Shown here: positions 43,354 through 54,449 of the stretch, piece by piece
Numbering within the stretch: position 1 is the first letter of the stretch
Layout of the letters: every line of letters starts with the position of its first letter
Assembly: GCA_964016885.1 (NCBI GenBank)
Contig: OZ024766.1
Location: 9,920,001 to 9,984,000, forward strand
Length of the DNA: 64,000 nt
Direction: 5' to 3'
DNA from: Eledone cirrhosa
Lineage: Eukaryota
Made by a program: the position numbers and the translations under genes
The notes under the pieces: generated by a model
Database searches by the model: none
Told to the model about the DNA's origin: nothing
What the model saw: only the letters and a program-made list of their open reading frames with translations

Positions 43354-43977
43354 TCTTTTACCTGTTCCAGCCATCCGGCTGAGGCCATGCTGGGGCATAT
43401 ATATATATATATATATTCATATACACACATATATTATATATATGTATATACACAACAACAACAGTAACAACAACCATCTTACCTCATCCTCATTGCTTTT
43501 AACATCCTCCTCATCATCATCATCATCATCATGTTTAGCAGTCTGTCCCTTTTTAACAGTTTTTGTTGTTGTTGTTGTTGTTGTTGGTGGCTGAGAGGTC
43601 GTTGACTTCTCGCTACCCCTTCGCTCTTCCTCCGACACCACCACACCACCACCACCACCACCACCACCACCGAGACCCTCGCCTCCGCCATCGACAGTAG
43701 CAGCATCAGAAGCCCCAAGTTGCCCCTCGTCCCGCGACGCTGGGCCCTTGTCCTCGACACCCTGGGCCCTCTTCTGACCCGCCAAACCCCGCACCTTCTC
43801 GGCGTCGTCGGGCCCTTCGTTCTTCTGTGTCGGCTTTCTAAACACCGGTCTGAATGATGGCTTACCGCTGGAGGAAGGGGTCAGCGCAGTGACCCCTGTG
43901 GTGGTGGTCGTCTCTGGCTCCTGTCCACTTGACTCTTCGTCATTATGTTCTGTGTCATCTAGGGGAAAAAATACAAA

Positions 43978-44047
<70 letters not shown>

Positions 44048-44835
44048 TACGGTAGCCACGGAGTAGGCAGACCCAGAAAAACATGGGACGAGCTGATAAA
44101 TTCCGGCCTCACACACTTACACCTCTCCAAGACAATGTCACTGGACCGAGACCTTTGGCGGTACTCAGTAACAGAGAAGACCCGCCTTACGTAAGTACAA
44201 AGTTAAACCTACTACAGTCAGTAGGCATCTCTATCAAAATGCCCCCCCGTCCCACCACCTCCACCCCATCCACACCGCCCCTTTCAATGTACAGTTATGT
44301 TATGTTGGTCCCACAACATCCAGGCCGAAACAAATGAGATCGTGTAGGTGTCACGACAAAAAACACACAGTCCACGCTGTAAATGTGGCCGTGTAGGCAA
44401 CACGGTAAAAACCTCCCAGCCCCACACTGTAAATGTGGTTGGTGTTAGGAAGGGCATCCAGCCGTAGAAAACCCGCCAGACAGTCCACGTTGTAATGTGG
44501 CCGTGTAGGCAACACGGTAAAAACCTCCCAGCCCCACACTGTAAACGTGGTTGGTGTTAGGAAGGGCATCCAGCTGTAGAAAACCCGCCACACAGTCCAC
44601 GCTGTAATGTGGCCGTGTAGGCAACACGGTAAAAACCTCCCAGCCCCACACTGTAAACGTAGTTGGTGTTAGGAAGGGCATCCAACTGTAGAAAACCCGC
44701 CAGACAGTCCTATGCGAGCAAGACAACCACTCTTGCCTCAAGTGAGAAAACCCCCGTCCAAACCCATGCAAGCGTGGAACACGGACGCTAAACCTGATGA
44801 TGATGATGATGATACACACACACATATATATATAT

Positions 44836-44913
<78 letters not shown>

Positions 44914-45281
44914 TATATATATATGTATTTGGAGGCACATGGCTTAGTGGTTAGAGCATTGACCTTGCAATCGAAAGGTTGTGAGTTCAATTCTCAAACC
45001 GGGTGATGTGTTGTTTCCTTGAGCAAGACACTTTATTTCACATTGCTCCAGTTTACTCAGCTGTAGAAATGAGATGATAGGGACTGGGGTCCCTATCATT
45101 CCACTGCAAAGTGGTTGTGGAGGTGCCACGGAAAAAAAAAGCACCCAGCACTCACTGTAAATGAGGTTGGTGTTAGGAAGGGCATCCAGCTGTAGAAATC
45201 AAGCCAGAATCAGTTCCTGTCCCACCCTTGCAAGCAGGGAAAAGCGGACATAAAATGATGATGATGATGATATATATATAT

Positions 45282-45339
<58 letters not shown>

Positions 45340-45861
45340 AAAGAATCATCATCATCATCATCATTTCATTTTACGTCCGCTTGTCCCTGCTTGCAAGGGT
45401 GGGACGGGAACTGATTCTGGCTTGATTTCTACAGCTGGATGCCCTTCCTAACACCAACCTCATTTACAGTGAGTGCTGGGTGCTTTTTTGCCGTGGCACC
45501 TCCACGTCCACTTTGCAGTGGAATGATAGGGACCCCAGTCCCTATCATCTCATTTCTACAGCTGAGTAAACTGGAGCAATGTGAAATAAAGTGTCTTGCT
45601 CAAGGAAACAACACATCACCCGGTCTGAGGATTGAACTCACAACCTTTCGATTGCAAGGCTAATGCTCTAACCATTAAGCTATGTGCCTCCAAAGAATAT
45701 ATTAGGTTAACGCTTGTTATAGCAGGAAGAGGGCTTAACGTTTCGGACGCTAGTCCTTCATCAGAAGAAAGAATGAGAAATAAGATAAATTGAGGGGCCG
45801 GGCGGGCTGGAATTGGGAACAATGTCTTTAGATAAAAATAACAGGTCCATTTGTGTTGACA

Positions 45862-45900
<39 letters not shown>

Positions 45901-48900
45901 CATATATACACACAAACACATACTAACATGTATAGTTTATGTCTACATTTATAAACAGAAAGAGAGAAGAGAGAATATATATGTATATATATATAGAGAG
46001 AGACAGAGGGGGGGAGGAAAGATAAATCCTTACCAAGTTTATTCCGATCTGCTGCCAGCTGCCGAGCTTCTTGGAACATTTTCATGAAGTCAAAACTCCG
46101 GGCTTTCTTCTCAGATTCTGGAGAGAAACATTGGATACAAAATATATATCTATCTATCTAAGGCGGGTAAAATTCCCGAGATCCATGGACGAGTTCTCTC
46201 CAGCGGTCTCTGTCCCTCATTATCGCTGCCATATCCTGCATCTCCAACAGACCATATATATATAATCTTTGTGTGTTGGTATTTTAACGATAGTTATAGC
46301 TCTGATTTATCTGAATTATTGAGCCCTCTGCCACTCATGTCGGATTTGTTTATCGTTAATTCGTGAGGTGATTTTCCGATACTCGATTATTCTATTATAT
46401 ATATATGCAGAGGCGGTGTTTCTGTGCGTAATAGCCATGGCGAAAGAGGTTGTATGGTGGACGCGTCTGAAAGGACTGAGGTCAGGCACCTTTCTCTCTG
46501 GCCAACAACTGGTCCGTTTCTTCCGATATCATTTCGGAAGAAGGATCAGGATGGAGAGAGAGGTGCTCCACCCCAGTCGTTTTTATGAAAGGTGGGTGAA
46601 AGTGGCGAGAATGGCCCGTGTGAATGGGCCTTCTCTTTACATAAGCCTGTAGGTGGCGAGGAGGAAGGAACGAGGGAGCACCCCCTCTCTGTGCTCCTGA
46701 GGAAAAGGGTTGCACACTTTTTTCGGGGGTGTGTGCGACCCCCCCAAGGCGCCTTCTCTCTATTGAGGATTTTGTTATAAATTTTATTTTTTGTTATATT
46801 TTATTTTATTTTTATATTTTGTTATTGCCTCCTCCTTATTGAGGACGCCTTTTTGTGTAAACTCCCCCCTTTGTACTTGTCCCACTTTTGATGCCCTGGT
46901 GGCAAATAAAAGAAACATATATATATATATATATATATAAAAAACATGAGAAGAAAGAACTATACTGCGTGGTTTGCACATGGGTTACATATGATAAAAA
47001 TAGTCCTTCATCAGTGATTTTCCAACCATCATTGGTATTTCATCGCATTAAAATATATATATCATCATCATCATCGTTTAATGTCTATCTTCCACGCTGG
47101 CATGGGTTAGATCAGTTAGCATCTGTTACATCATATCACTTATCACATCGCTTATTTAAACTTTCATATATTTGCATCGTTATATAAGGTTTATATTTCC
47201 GTCGCTAATTTTCTCCTTTTTCGTTTATTATATATGATGGAGGCATATGGCTTAGTGGTTAGAGCCTTGCAATCGAAAGGTTGTGAGTTCAATTCTCAGA
47301 CCGGCGATGTGTTGTTTCCTTGAGCAAGGCACTTTATTTCACATTGCTCCAGTTTACCCAGCTGTAGAAATGAGATGATAGGGACTGGGGTCCCTATCAT
47401 TCCACTGTAAAGTGGTTGTGGAGATGCCACGACAAAAAAGCACCCAGCACTCACTGTAAATGAGGTTGGTGTTAGGAAGGGCATCCAGCTGTAGAAATCA
47501 AGCCAGAATCAGTTCCCGTCCCACCCTTGCAAGCAGGGAAAAGTGGACGTAAAATGAAATGATGATGATGATGAAATGATATATGCTGTTTATATATATC
47601 ATCATCTTTTTTAAATGTATCATGGATTACTTTACTGATTACATAAGACAGTGTAACACAGTCTCTTCAATTTCTGTGTATATTGTCAATTAAGATTTTA
47701 ATTGACGTATCATATCTACATTTGCATATAATATCAATATGTACACCACACATGCTAGCAGAAAACCACCCGAGGGGTGGTTTTTCTGCTAGAATACATA
47801 AATCGACAGGCAGATGGATAAATATATAGGCAGATAGATATATAGATAATGAAACAGACTGATAGACAGGTAAGAAGATATAGATATTTATACATAGTTA
47901 GGTAAAGAGACAAACAGATAGATAGATGATGACAAAACCAAAGTGACTTACTGTCGGATTTCTCATTTGTGGTTGAACTGTGTTCCCTGGAGGGTCTTGG
48001 GCCAGGACTGATACGGGGCCTCTCCTGTTTTCTTGCAGCTGGTGGTGAGGTGGAGGAGGAAAGCCATAGAAAGACAGGGAAGTAAAATTCACAATTATCA
48101 AAGGCTCTGAACAGTCAAAGGGCTAAGAATATTTTCAAATCTACATGGGCAACCCTTTTCGAGAAGTGGGTCGCATGAGATATAGCTCATCATCAGGTGG
48201 GCCCCAAGCGCTAATTTACATTCATGCCCACATTAAAAGAAAGGGGGGTAACTCAGGTTGTTTTGATTTCTTTCTTCAGAATTCATACATGTTGGTTGTT
48301 TTCCTCAATCGTAAAAATGATTGAAAGATAAATTTAGACTGAAAAAGTTGGGGTAAAAAAACCAGAAAGATTTCCCTTACGTGACTTAGGTGAGCCATTC
48401 AGAAAGCTCCAGGTTGCCCATGACTGGTCTAAAGCATAGAACACACCTTTTCCTCTTTGTTTTTCTTTGCTTGTTTCCTTAACCCTTTAGCATTCACAAA
48501 TCCCGCCGAGGTTAACTTTGCCTTTCATCCTTACGGGGTCGATAAAATAAAGTACCAGTAATACACTGGGAAATTGCTGGCCTTGTGCCAAAAGTAGAAA
48601 CAATTATTTTATATATACTATATGGTACTTTATTTTCACATTATTTTATATATACTATATGGTACTTTATTTTATCGACCCCGTAAGGATGAAAGGCAAA
48701 GTTAACCTCGGCAGGATCTGAGTTCAAATCCTGCCAAGATTATCTTTGCCTTTCATCCTTACGGGGTCGATAAAATAAAGTACCAGTAATGCACTGGTTA
48801 ATTGCTGGCCTTGTGCCAAAAGTAGAAACAATTATTTTATATATACTATTATATTTTCATGGTAAAGGCTTTACCTCACATAATATTCACATTACACTAT

Positions 48901-50502
48901 ATACTATTGTATTTTCACAGTAAAGGCTTTACCTCACATAATACCTCACATAACATTTACATTACTCTATATATACTATTGTATTTTCACAGTAAAGGCT
49001 TTACCTCACATAACATTTACATTACTCTATATATACTATTGTATTGTCACAGTAAAGGCTTTACCTCACATAATATCTCACATAACATTTACATTACTCT
49101 ATATATACTATTGTATTTTCACAGTAAAGGCTTTACCTCACATAATATATCACATAACATTTACATTACTCTATATATACTATTGTATTTTCACAGTAAA
49201 GGCTTTACCTCACATAACATTTACATTACTCTATATATACTATTGTATTTTCACAGTAAAGGCTTTACCTCACATAATATCTCACATAACATTTACATTA
49301 CTCTATATATACTATTGTATTTTCACAGTAAAGGCTTTACCTCACATAATATCTCACATAACATTTACATTACTCTATATATACTATTGTATTTTCACAG
49401 TAAAGGCTTTACCTCACATAATATCGCACATAACATTTACATTACTCTATATATACTATTGTATTTTCACAGTAAAGGCTTTACCTCACATAATATCTCA
49501 CATAACATTTACATTACTCTATATATACTATTGTATTGTCACAGTAAAGGCTTTACCTCACATAATAACTCACATAACATTTACATTACTCTATATATAC
49601 TATTGTATTTTCACAGTAAAGGCTTTACCTCACATAACATTTACATTACTCTATATATACTATTGTATTTTCACAGTAAAGGCTTTACCTCACATAACAT
49701 TTACATTACTCTATATATACTATTGTATTTTCACAGTAAAGGCTTTACCTCACATAACATTTTCATTACTCTATATATACTATTGTATTTTCACAGTAAA
49801 GGCTTTACCTCACATAATACCTCACATAACATTCACATTACTCTATATATACTATTGTATTTTCACAGTAAAGGCTTTACCTCACATAACATTCACATTA
49901 CTCTATCTCTACTATTGTTTCCTTGGTCCGATTTGACGAAAGTCAATCGACTGTCTATATATAGGAAGTTTAATATAGAAATGGTTTTGCTGGTGATTTC
50001 TTTTGAATGAAACAGTTCTAGTCCTGCAGAAGCCATTTCTATATGAAACATGATGTTTACACTTTAGTAATGTATTGAGTACCTTACTTACTGTGGTTAA
50101 CCCCGATTGAACCAGGGACTCGCAAACATATATATATATACAAGAAACCACTGGTAAATGAAATAATTATCTTATGTTGTTTATTACATAACTAATAAGC
50201 TCTGTAGCCTACATAGAGCACTCTTTTTTCCTGTACCTTTCCGACGGAATTACTTCATTTATTCAAACACACACACATATACATATATATATATATATAT
50301 ATATAAACAGTAACCGCTTGGCGTCACGATCGAGATTATATATATACATACATATGTATATAAATATATACATATAAGAATCAGTTAAATATATATCATA
50401 TATATAATCTGAGCAATAAATAATGCCTGAAGGTTTGTATTTATTAAGATAATGAAGCAAACCTCGTAGCTGTGACATTTCTTCTAAGTCGTCGTCAGCC
50501 AT
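14914..50502 (-). CDS. WDR70: WD repeat-containing protein 70 (gad-1 homolog), 17 coding exons, 745 aa
   Basis: Manual splicing of 17 GT-AG exons gives one 2238-nt frame. Family motifs recognised: [131 protein letters not shown]. Confidence 0.96.
17230..17398 (-). CDS. WDR70: WDR70 exon 16 ([16 protein letters not shown]...[10 protein letters not shown])
   Basis: 169 nt, phase 1-2. Confidence 0.97.
17636..17922 (+). mobile_element. R4/Dong-clade LINE 3' end (REL endonuclease C-terminus)
   Basis: [48 protein letters not shown], next to (TAA)n. Confidence 0.78.
18439..18555 (-). CDS. WDR70: WDR70 exon 15 ([39 protein letters not shown])
   Basis: 117 nt, phase 1-1. Confidence 0.96.
18640..19160 (+). 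repeat. Degenerate 30/18-bp repeat (aacttcaagtgagagtttgagtgtgagtac)
   Basis: Seen directly, in WDR70 intron 14. Confidence 0.85.
19179..19258 (-). CDS. WDR70: WDR70 exon 14 ([27 protein letters not shown])
   Basis: 80 nt, phase 2-1. Confidence 0.95.
19320..20290. repeat. (CAC/TAC/CAA)n low-complexity tract containing partial exon-13 copies
   Basis: Seen directly. Confidence 0.9.
20293..20393 (-). CDS. WDR70: WDR70 exon 13 ([33 protein letters not shown])
   Basis: 101 nt, phase 0-2; not visible as an ORF in the track. Confidence 0.96.
20630..23571 (+). repeat. 65-bp minisatellite, ~45 copies
   Basis: ggctatcaga at 20631, 20696, 20761 and onward. Confidence 0.97.
23716..23854 (-). CDS. WDR70: WDR70 exon 12 ([16 protein letters not shown]...[22 protein letters not shown])
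   Basis: 139 nt, phase 2-0. Confidence 0.96.
23905..24915 (+). mobile_element. RTE LINE 3' end with a 112-bp UTR segment amplified ~5x
   Basis: [28 protein letters not shown].., (GAT)n tail. Relatives at 27040-27575 (1x), 44049-44812 (~3x), 52065-52527 and 54907-55370. Confidence 0.85.
24916..25700. repeat. Inverted (~145 bp) plus direct (~80 bp) repeat, Penelope-pLTR-like layout
   Basis: 24916-25060 is inverted at 25481-25626; 25064-25144 is repeated at 25620-25700. Confidence 0.85.
25811..25906 (-). ncRNA. Hammerhead-like motif (family C), left arm of a fold-back, sense in WDR70 intron 11
   Basis: Inverted copy of 26067-26162. Confidence 0.5.
26067..26162 (+). ncRNA. Hammerhead-like motif (family C) with variant core CTGAGAA
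   Basis: Stem I ACCCC/GGGGT; long stem II; GAAA; stem III ACGGCT/AGCCGT; GTC cleavage triplet. The core deviates from CUGANGA. Confidence 0.5.
26205..26857 (+). mobile_element. RTE LINE 3' fragment
   Basis: [37 protein letters not shown], (GAT)n tail. Confidence 0.9.
26911..26995 (-). CDS. WDR70: WDR70 exon 11 ([28 protein letters not shown])
   Basis: 85 nt, phase 1-2. Confidence 0.96.
27754..27853 (-). CDS. WDR70: WDR70 exon 10 ([11 protein letters not shown]...[12 protein letters not shown])
   Basis: 100 nt, phase 0-1. Confidence 0.96.
27898..28280 (+). repeat. Irregular repeat of ggaacataacttaacaaaggttcttacataaaatt, 5 copies
   Basis: Seen directly. Confidence 0.8.
28345..28522 (-). CDS. 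WDR70: WDR70 exon 9 (STVRLWD...[18 protein letters not shown])
   Basis: 178 nt, phase 2-0. Confidence 0.97.
28571..30146. mobile_element. piggyBac-like MITE with an internal 72-bp unit expanded ~20x
   Basis: TTAACCCTTTAG ... CTAAAGGGTCAA termini; 24-codon periodicity in the spurious ORFs. Confidence 0.85.
30700..32328 (-). mobile_element. CR1-like LINE 3' end with a 61-bp segment amplified ~20x (30886-32105)
   Basis: [43 protein letters not shown] (frameshifted); (ATT)n-like tail. Confidence 0.85.
32660..32736 (-). CDS. WDR70: WDR70 exon 8 ([25 protein letters not shown])
   Basis: 77 nt, phase 0-2. Confidence 0.97.
33131..33941 (+). mobile_element. RTE LINE 3' end with an 80-bp coding segment amplified 7x
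   Basis: tgtgttgaga every 80 bp from 33131 to 33611, then [23 protein letters not shown] and (GAT)n. Confidence 0.92.
34288..34441 (-). CDS. WDR70: WDR70 exon 7 ([13 protein letters not shown]...[12 protein letters not shown])
   Basis: 154 nt, phase 2-0, conserved motif. Confidence 0.97.
35308..40233 (+). repeat. 48/49-bp minisatellite, ~100 copies, grown from an RTE-type 3' UTR
   Basis: Unit accactttacagtgtggactgggtgtctttttgtcaggacacctacatg; element sequence continues on both sides (35110-35308 and 40234-40370). Confidence 0.97.
40669..40802 (-). CDS. WDR70: WDR70 exon 6 ([44 protein letters not shown])
   Basis: 134 nt, first WD40 repeat, GT-AG. Confidence 0.97.
40906..41477 (-). mobile_element. 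SINE family 1 with its 3' half tandemly repeated (117-bp period, 4 copies)
   Basis: 15-bp direct repeat ctttgaataaataat at 40909 and 41463. Confidence 0.88.
42348..42407 (-). CDS. WDR70: WDR70 exon 5 ([20 protein letters not shown])
   Basis: 60 nt, matches the IP.S.EITL.HG motif, GT-AG. Confidence 0.92.
42424..43041. mobile_element. piggyBac-like MITE copy with a 72/60-bp array
   Basis: Ends in TAAAGGGTTAA at 43031-43041. Confidence 0.8.
43483..43958 (-). CDS. WDR70: WDR70 exon 4, low-complexity acidic/Gly/Thr linker
   Basis: 476 nt GC-rich open frame, ttttcccctag| and |GTAAGA, phase 1-0. Confidence 0.85.
45734..45767 (-). ncRNA. Minimal Penelope-type hammerhead (family D), sense in WDR70 intron 3
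   Basis: Reverse complement reads ctt CTGATGA a GGAC-tagc-GTCC GAAACGTT aag; palindromic AACGTT stem III. Confidence 0.7.
46034..46117 (-). CDS. WDR70: WDR70 exon 3 ([28 protein letters not shown])
   Basis: Resembles the WDR70 KKARTFDLEAMFEQTRR motif; ttctctccag| and |GTAAGG; 84 nt. Confidence 0.9.
46410..46916 (+). mobile_element. Tx1/L1-like LINE 3' end
   Basis: [25 protein letters not shown] followed by a UTR ending in AATAAA and (TA)n. Confidence 0.65.
47952..48038 (-). CDS. WDR70: WDR70 exon 2 ([29 protein letters not shown])
   Basis: cag| acceptor after a pyrimidine-rich tract, |GTAAGT donor, 87 nt, phase 1-1, open. Confidence 0.75.
48840..49910 (+). repeat. 72/60-bp MITE-derived array (left breakpoint region of the duplication)
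   Basis: Same unit as 28690-30130, in the opposite orientation. Confidence 0.92.
50463..50502 (-). CDS. WDR70: WDR70 exon 1, proximal copy ([13 protein letters not shown]+G)
   Basis: ATG at 50502, 40 nt, donor GTTTG, phase 1 compatible with exon 2. Confidence 0.75.
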
Positions 50503-51245
50503 GCTTGTTTCTTGTGGTCGGTTTCTGTCTCCTTTCAGTGGAGAGCGATATTCTGAAGTAAGGTGGGATGGGGGGAAATTATTTGTGTGTGTGTGTGTAT
50601 ATATATATATATGCTATTGATATGTCAGGTCACCAGTTGGTGCTACTGGTAACATGTATCCCAGTACAACCTGTTTCATGGTCGGGTCGTTGGCGACTAA
50701 ACTGGCAACCCCACCAAGGTTTCTTGGTGAGGAGGGTGACTTTGGATATCCTGCAGGACTAAAAACAAAACCTGTCAAAGGGCAAAGGAGCTCTTAAGAG
50801 TCAATGGCCATCCAAAATCACCGGGAGAGATGACCCCTTAGCCTTTGTCAAGGCAGAATTCTAGGAGAAGGAAAACTCTGATATAACACCTGCAACCCTG
50901 ATGGTATCCAATGATGTTGACTTGTTCTACTTTTTGGTAAATATCATCTTGGTTAAGAGAGTGGGACTGGCTCTGTGCAATGCCTTTGCTCACTATAAAA
51001 GCTTCATGGCACAGGCATTGCTTTATATCTGGAGATCTCTCTGCACTTGTCGTCACATGGTACCACGGGCCCAGCACTATGTGTCAATAATTGTCACAAG
51101 TGTAGTGTTTGTACCAGAGTTATCAAGTCGCTGGCTGGACTCAAAAGTCACACTCGTTCAGCGCATCGGTAGGGGTTCTCCTACATGGATATAAAGTAGT
51201 GGCCGTACTCGAAAACGAGTTGGCAGCCACCATATATATATATAT

Positions 51246-51359
<114 letters not shown>

Positions 51360-51523
51360 TAAAATAACATTAAAGTTTAAGCAAAGAATCGCTGTTTTCA
51401 CCCTTAACGGGATCTTCTCTTTAATCTGTTATTTTAATAAATATTTGCTCTACGGTTCTTATATATTTGTTATATATTTTCCTTATCGAGCCCTCTTTGG
51501 ATTTTAGTCTTCAATTTTATTAT

Positions 51524-51609
<86 letters not shown>

Positions 51610-52549
51610 CGAAGGAAGTGTGGTAAGGGTAAGGAACCAGGTGGACCATAACGCACCAGAGTGTTCGATACTTGGGGTAGTAGAGTGGGTAATAGGAAAA
51701 GAGTCAGGACCCCGGCGGCTGAGCTCCAGCCGTTTACGTCCTCTTTTCCATGATTGCAAGGTTGCGACAGGAACTGATTCCAGCTTGATTTCTACAGCTG
51801 GATGCCCTTCATAACACCAAGCTCATTTACAGTGAGTGCTGGGCGCCTTTTTGCCGTGGCACCTCAACGACCACTTTGCAGTGGAATGATAGGGACCCCA
51901 GTCCCTATCATCTCATTTCTACAGCTGAGTAAACTGGAGCAATGTGAAATAAAGTCTCTTGCTCAAGGAAACAACACATCACCCGGTCTGAGAATTGCAC
52001 TCGCAACCTTTCGATTGCAAGGCCAATGCTCTAACCACTAAGCCATATGCCTCCATATATATATCATCATCATCATCATCATCGTTTAACGTCCATCTTC
52101 CATGCTAGCATGGGTTTGGACGGGGATTTTCCCACTTGAGGCAAGATTGGTTGTCTTGCTCTTATAGGACTGCCTGGCGGGTTTTCTACGGCTGGATGCC
52201 CTTCCTAACACCAACCACATTTACAGTGTGGACTGGGAGGTTTTTACCGTGTTACCTACACGGCCACATTACAGCGTGGACTGTGTGTTTTTTTGTCGTG
52301 ACACCTACACGGCCTCATTTATTTAGGACTGCATGTTGTGGTACCAACATAACTTTACATCGAAAGGGGTGGTGTGTATGATGTGGGGGTGGTGTATTTT
52401 TGTTAGAGGTGCCTACTGACTGTAGGTTTCGCTTTGTACTTAAGCAAGGCGGGTCTTCTGTATTACTATGTAGCGCCAAAGATCTCGGTCCAGTGACATT
52501 GTCTTGGAGAGGTGTAAGTGTGTGAGGTAATATATATATATAACAGATT

Positions 52550-52707
52550 CAGCTCTCAAGACCAAATTTTCCTCTTTGCAAAGTTGACTTTTAGGTCTTT
52601 CAGCTCGAGGTTCTTCTCCCATGCTTGAAATGTTGCCTCTAACTCTCCTACAGATTCAGCTATGAGATACTAGGTTGTCAGCTTATAGGAGCTCCCATGG
52701 ATTGCCT
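52550..52707 (-). pseudogene. Degenerate RTE reverse-transcriptase YADD-region fragment (duplicated at ~55393-55550)
   Basis: PWELL*ADNLV / LIAESVGELEATFQAWEKNLELKDLKVNFAK, with a stop and a frameshift. Confidence 0.75.
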
Positions 52708-53919
52708 GTTTTAGCCCTTTAGCATTTACATTACTCTATATATACTATTGTATTTTCACAGTAAAGGCTTTACCTCACATAATATCTCACATAACATTTA
52801 CATTACTCTATATATACTATTGTATTTTCACAGTAAAGGCTTTACCTCACATAATATCTCACATAGCATTTACATTACTCTATATATACTATTGTATTTT
52901 CACAGTAAAGGCTTTACCTCACATAATACCTCACATAACATTTACATTACTCTATATATACTATTGTATTTTCACAGTAAAGGCTTTACCTCACATAATA
53001 TCTCACATAACATTTACATTACTCTATATATACTATTGTATTTTCACAGTAAAGGCTTTACCTCACATAATATCTCACATAACATTTACATTACTCTATA
53101 TATACTATTGTATTTTCACAGTAAAGGCTTTACCACACATAATATCTCACATAACATTTACATTACTCTATATATACTATTGTATTTTCACAGTAAAGGC
53201 TTTACCTCACATAACATTTACATTACTCTATATATACTATTGTATTTTCACAGTAAAGGCTTTACCTCACATAATACCTCACATAACATTCACATTACTC
53301 TATATATACTATTGTATTTTCACAGTAAAGGCTTTACCTCACATAACATTCACATTACTCTATCTCTACTATTGTTTCCTTGGTCCGATTTGACGAAAGT
53401 CAATCGACTGTCTATATATAGGAAGTTTAATATAGAAATGGTTTTGCTGGTGATTTCTTTTGAATGAAACAGTTCTAGTCCTGCAGAAGCCATTTCTATA
53501 TGAAACATGATGTTTACACTTTAGTAATGTATTGAGTACCTTACTTACTGTGGTTAACCCCGATTGAACCAGGGACTCGCAAACATATATATATATACAA
53601 GAAACCACTGGTAAATGAAATAATTATCTTATGTTGTTTATTACATAACTAATAAGCTCTGTAGCCTACATAGAGCACTCTTTTTTCCTGTACCTTTCCG
53701 ACGGAATTACTTCATTTATTCAAACACACACACATATACATATATATATATATATATATATAAACAGTAACCGCTTGGCGTCACGATCGAGATTATATAT
53801 ATACATACATATGTATATAAATATATACATATAAGAATCAGTTAAATATATATCATATATATAATCTGAGCAATAAATAATGCCTGAAGGTTTGTATTTA
53901 TTAAGATAATGAAGCAAAC

Positions 53920-53959
53920 CTCGTAGCTGTGACATTTCTTCTAAGTCGTCGTCAGCCAT
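53920..53959 (-). CDS. WDR70: WDR70 exon 1, distal duplicate copy
   Basis: Same 40-nt coding sequence and donor as 50463-50502, inside the tandem duplication. Confidence 0.6.
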
Positions 53960-54048
53960 GCTTGTTTCTTGTTGTGGTCGGTTTCTGTCTCCTTTCAGTG
54001 GAGAGCGATATTCTGAAGTAAGGTGGGATGGGGGGGGGGGAAATTATT

Positions 54049-54096
<48 letters not shown>

Positions 54097-54107
54097 TCTA
54101 TATATAT

Positions 54108-54197
<90 letters not shown>

Positions 54198-54365
54198 TTA
54201 TTAAAATAACATTAAAGTTTAAGCAAAGAATCGCTGTTTTCACCCTTAACGGGATCTTCTCTTTAATCTGTTATTTTAATAAATATTTGCTCTACGGTTC
54301 TTATATATTTGTTATATATTTTCCTTATCGAGCCCTCTTTGGATTTTAGTCTTCAATTTTATTAT

Positions 54366-54449
<84 letters not shown>

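Noticed and set aside
48144-48422. MITE with CATGGGCAACC inverted ends
   Set aside because: Only an 11-bp inverted repeat, with no matching TSD.
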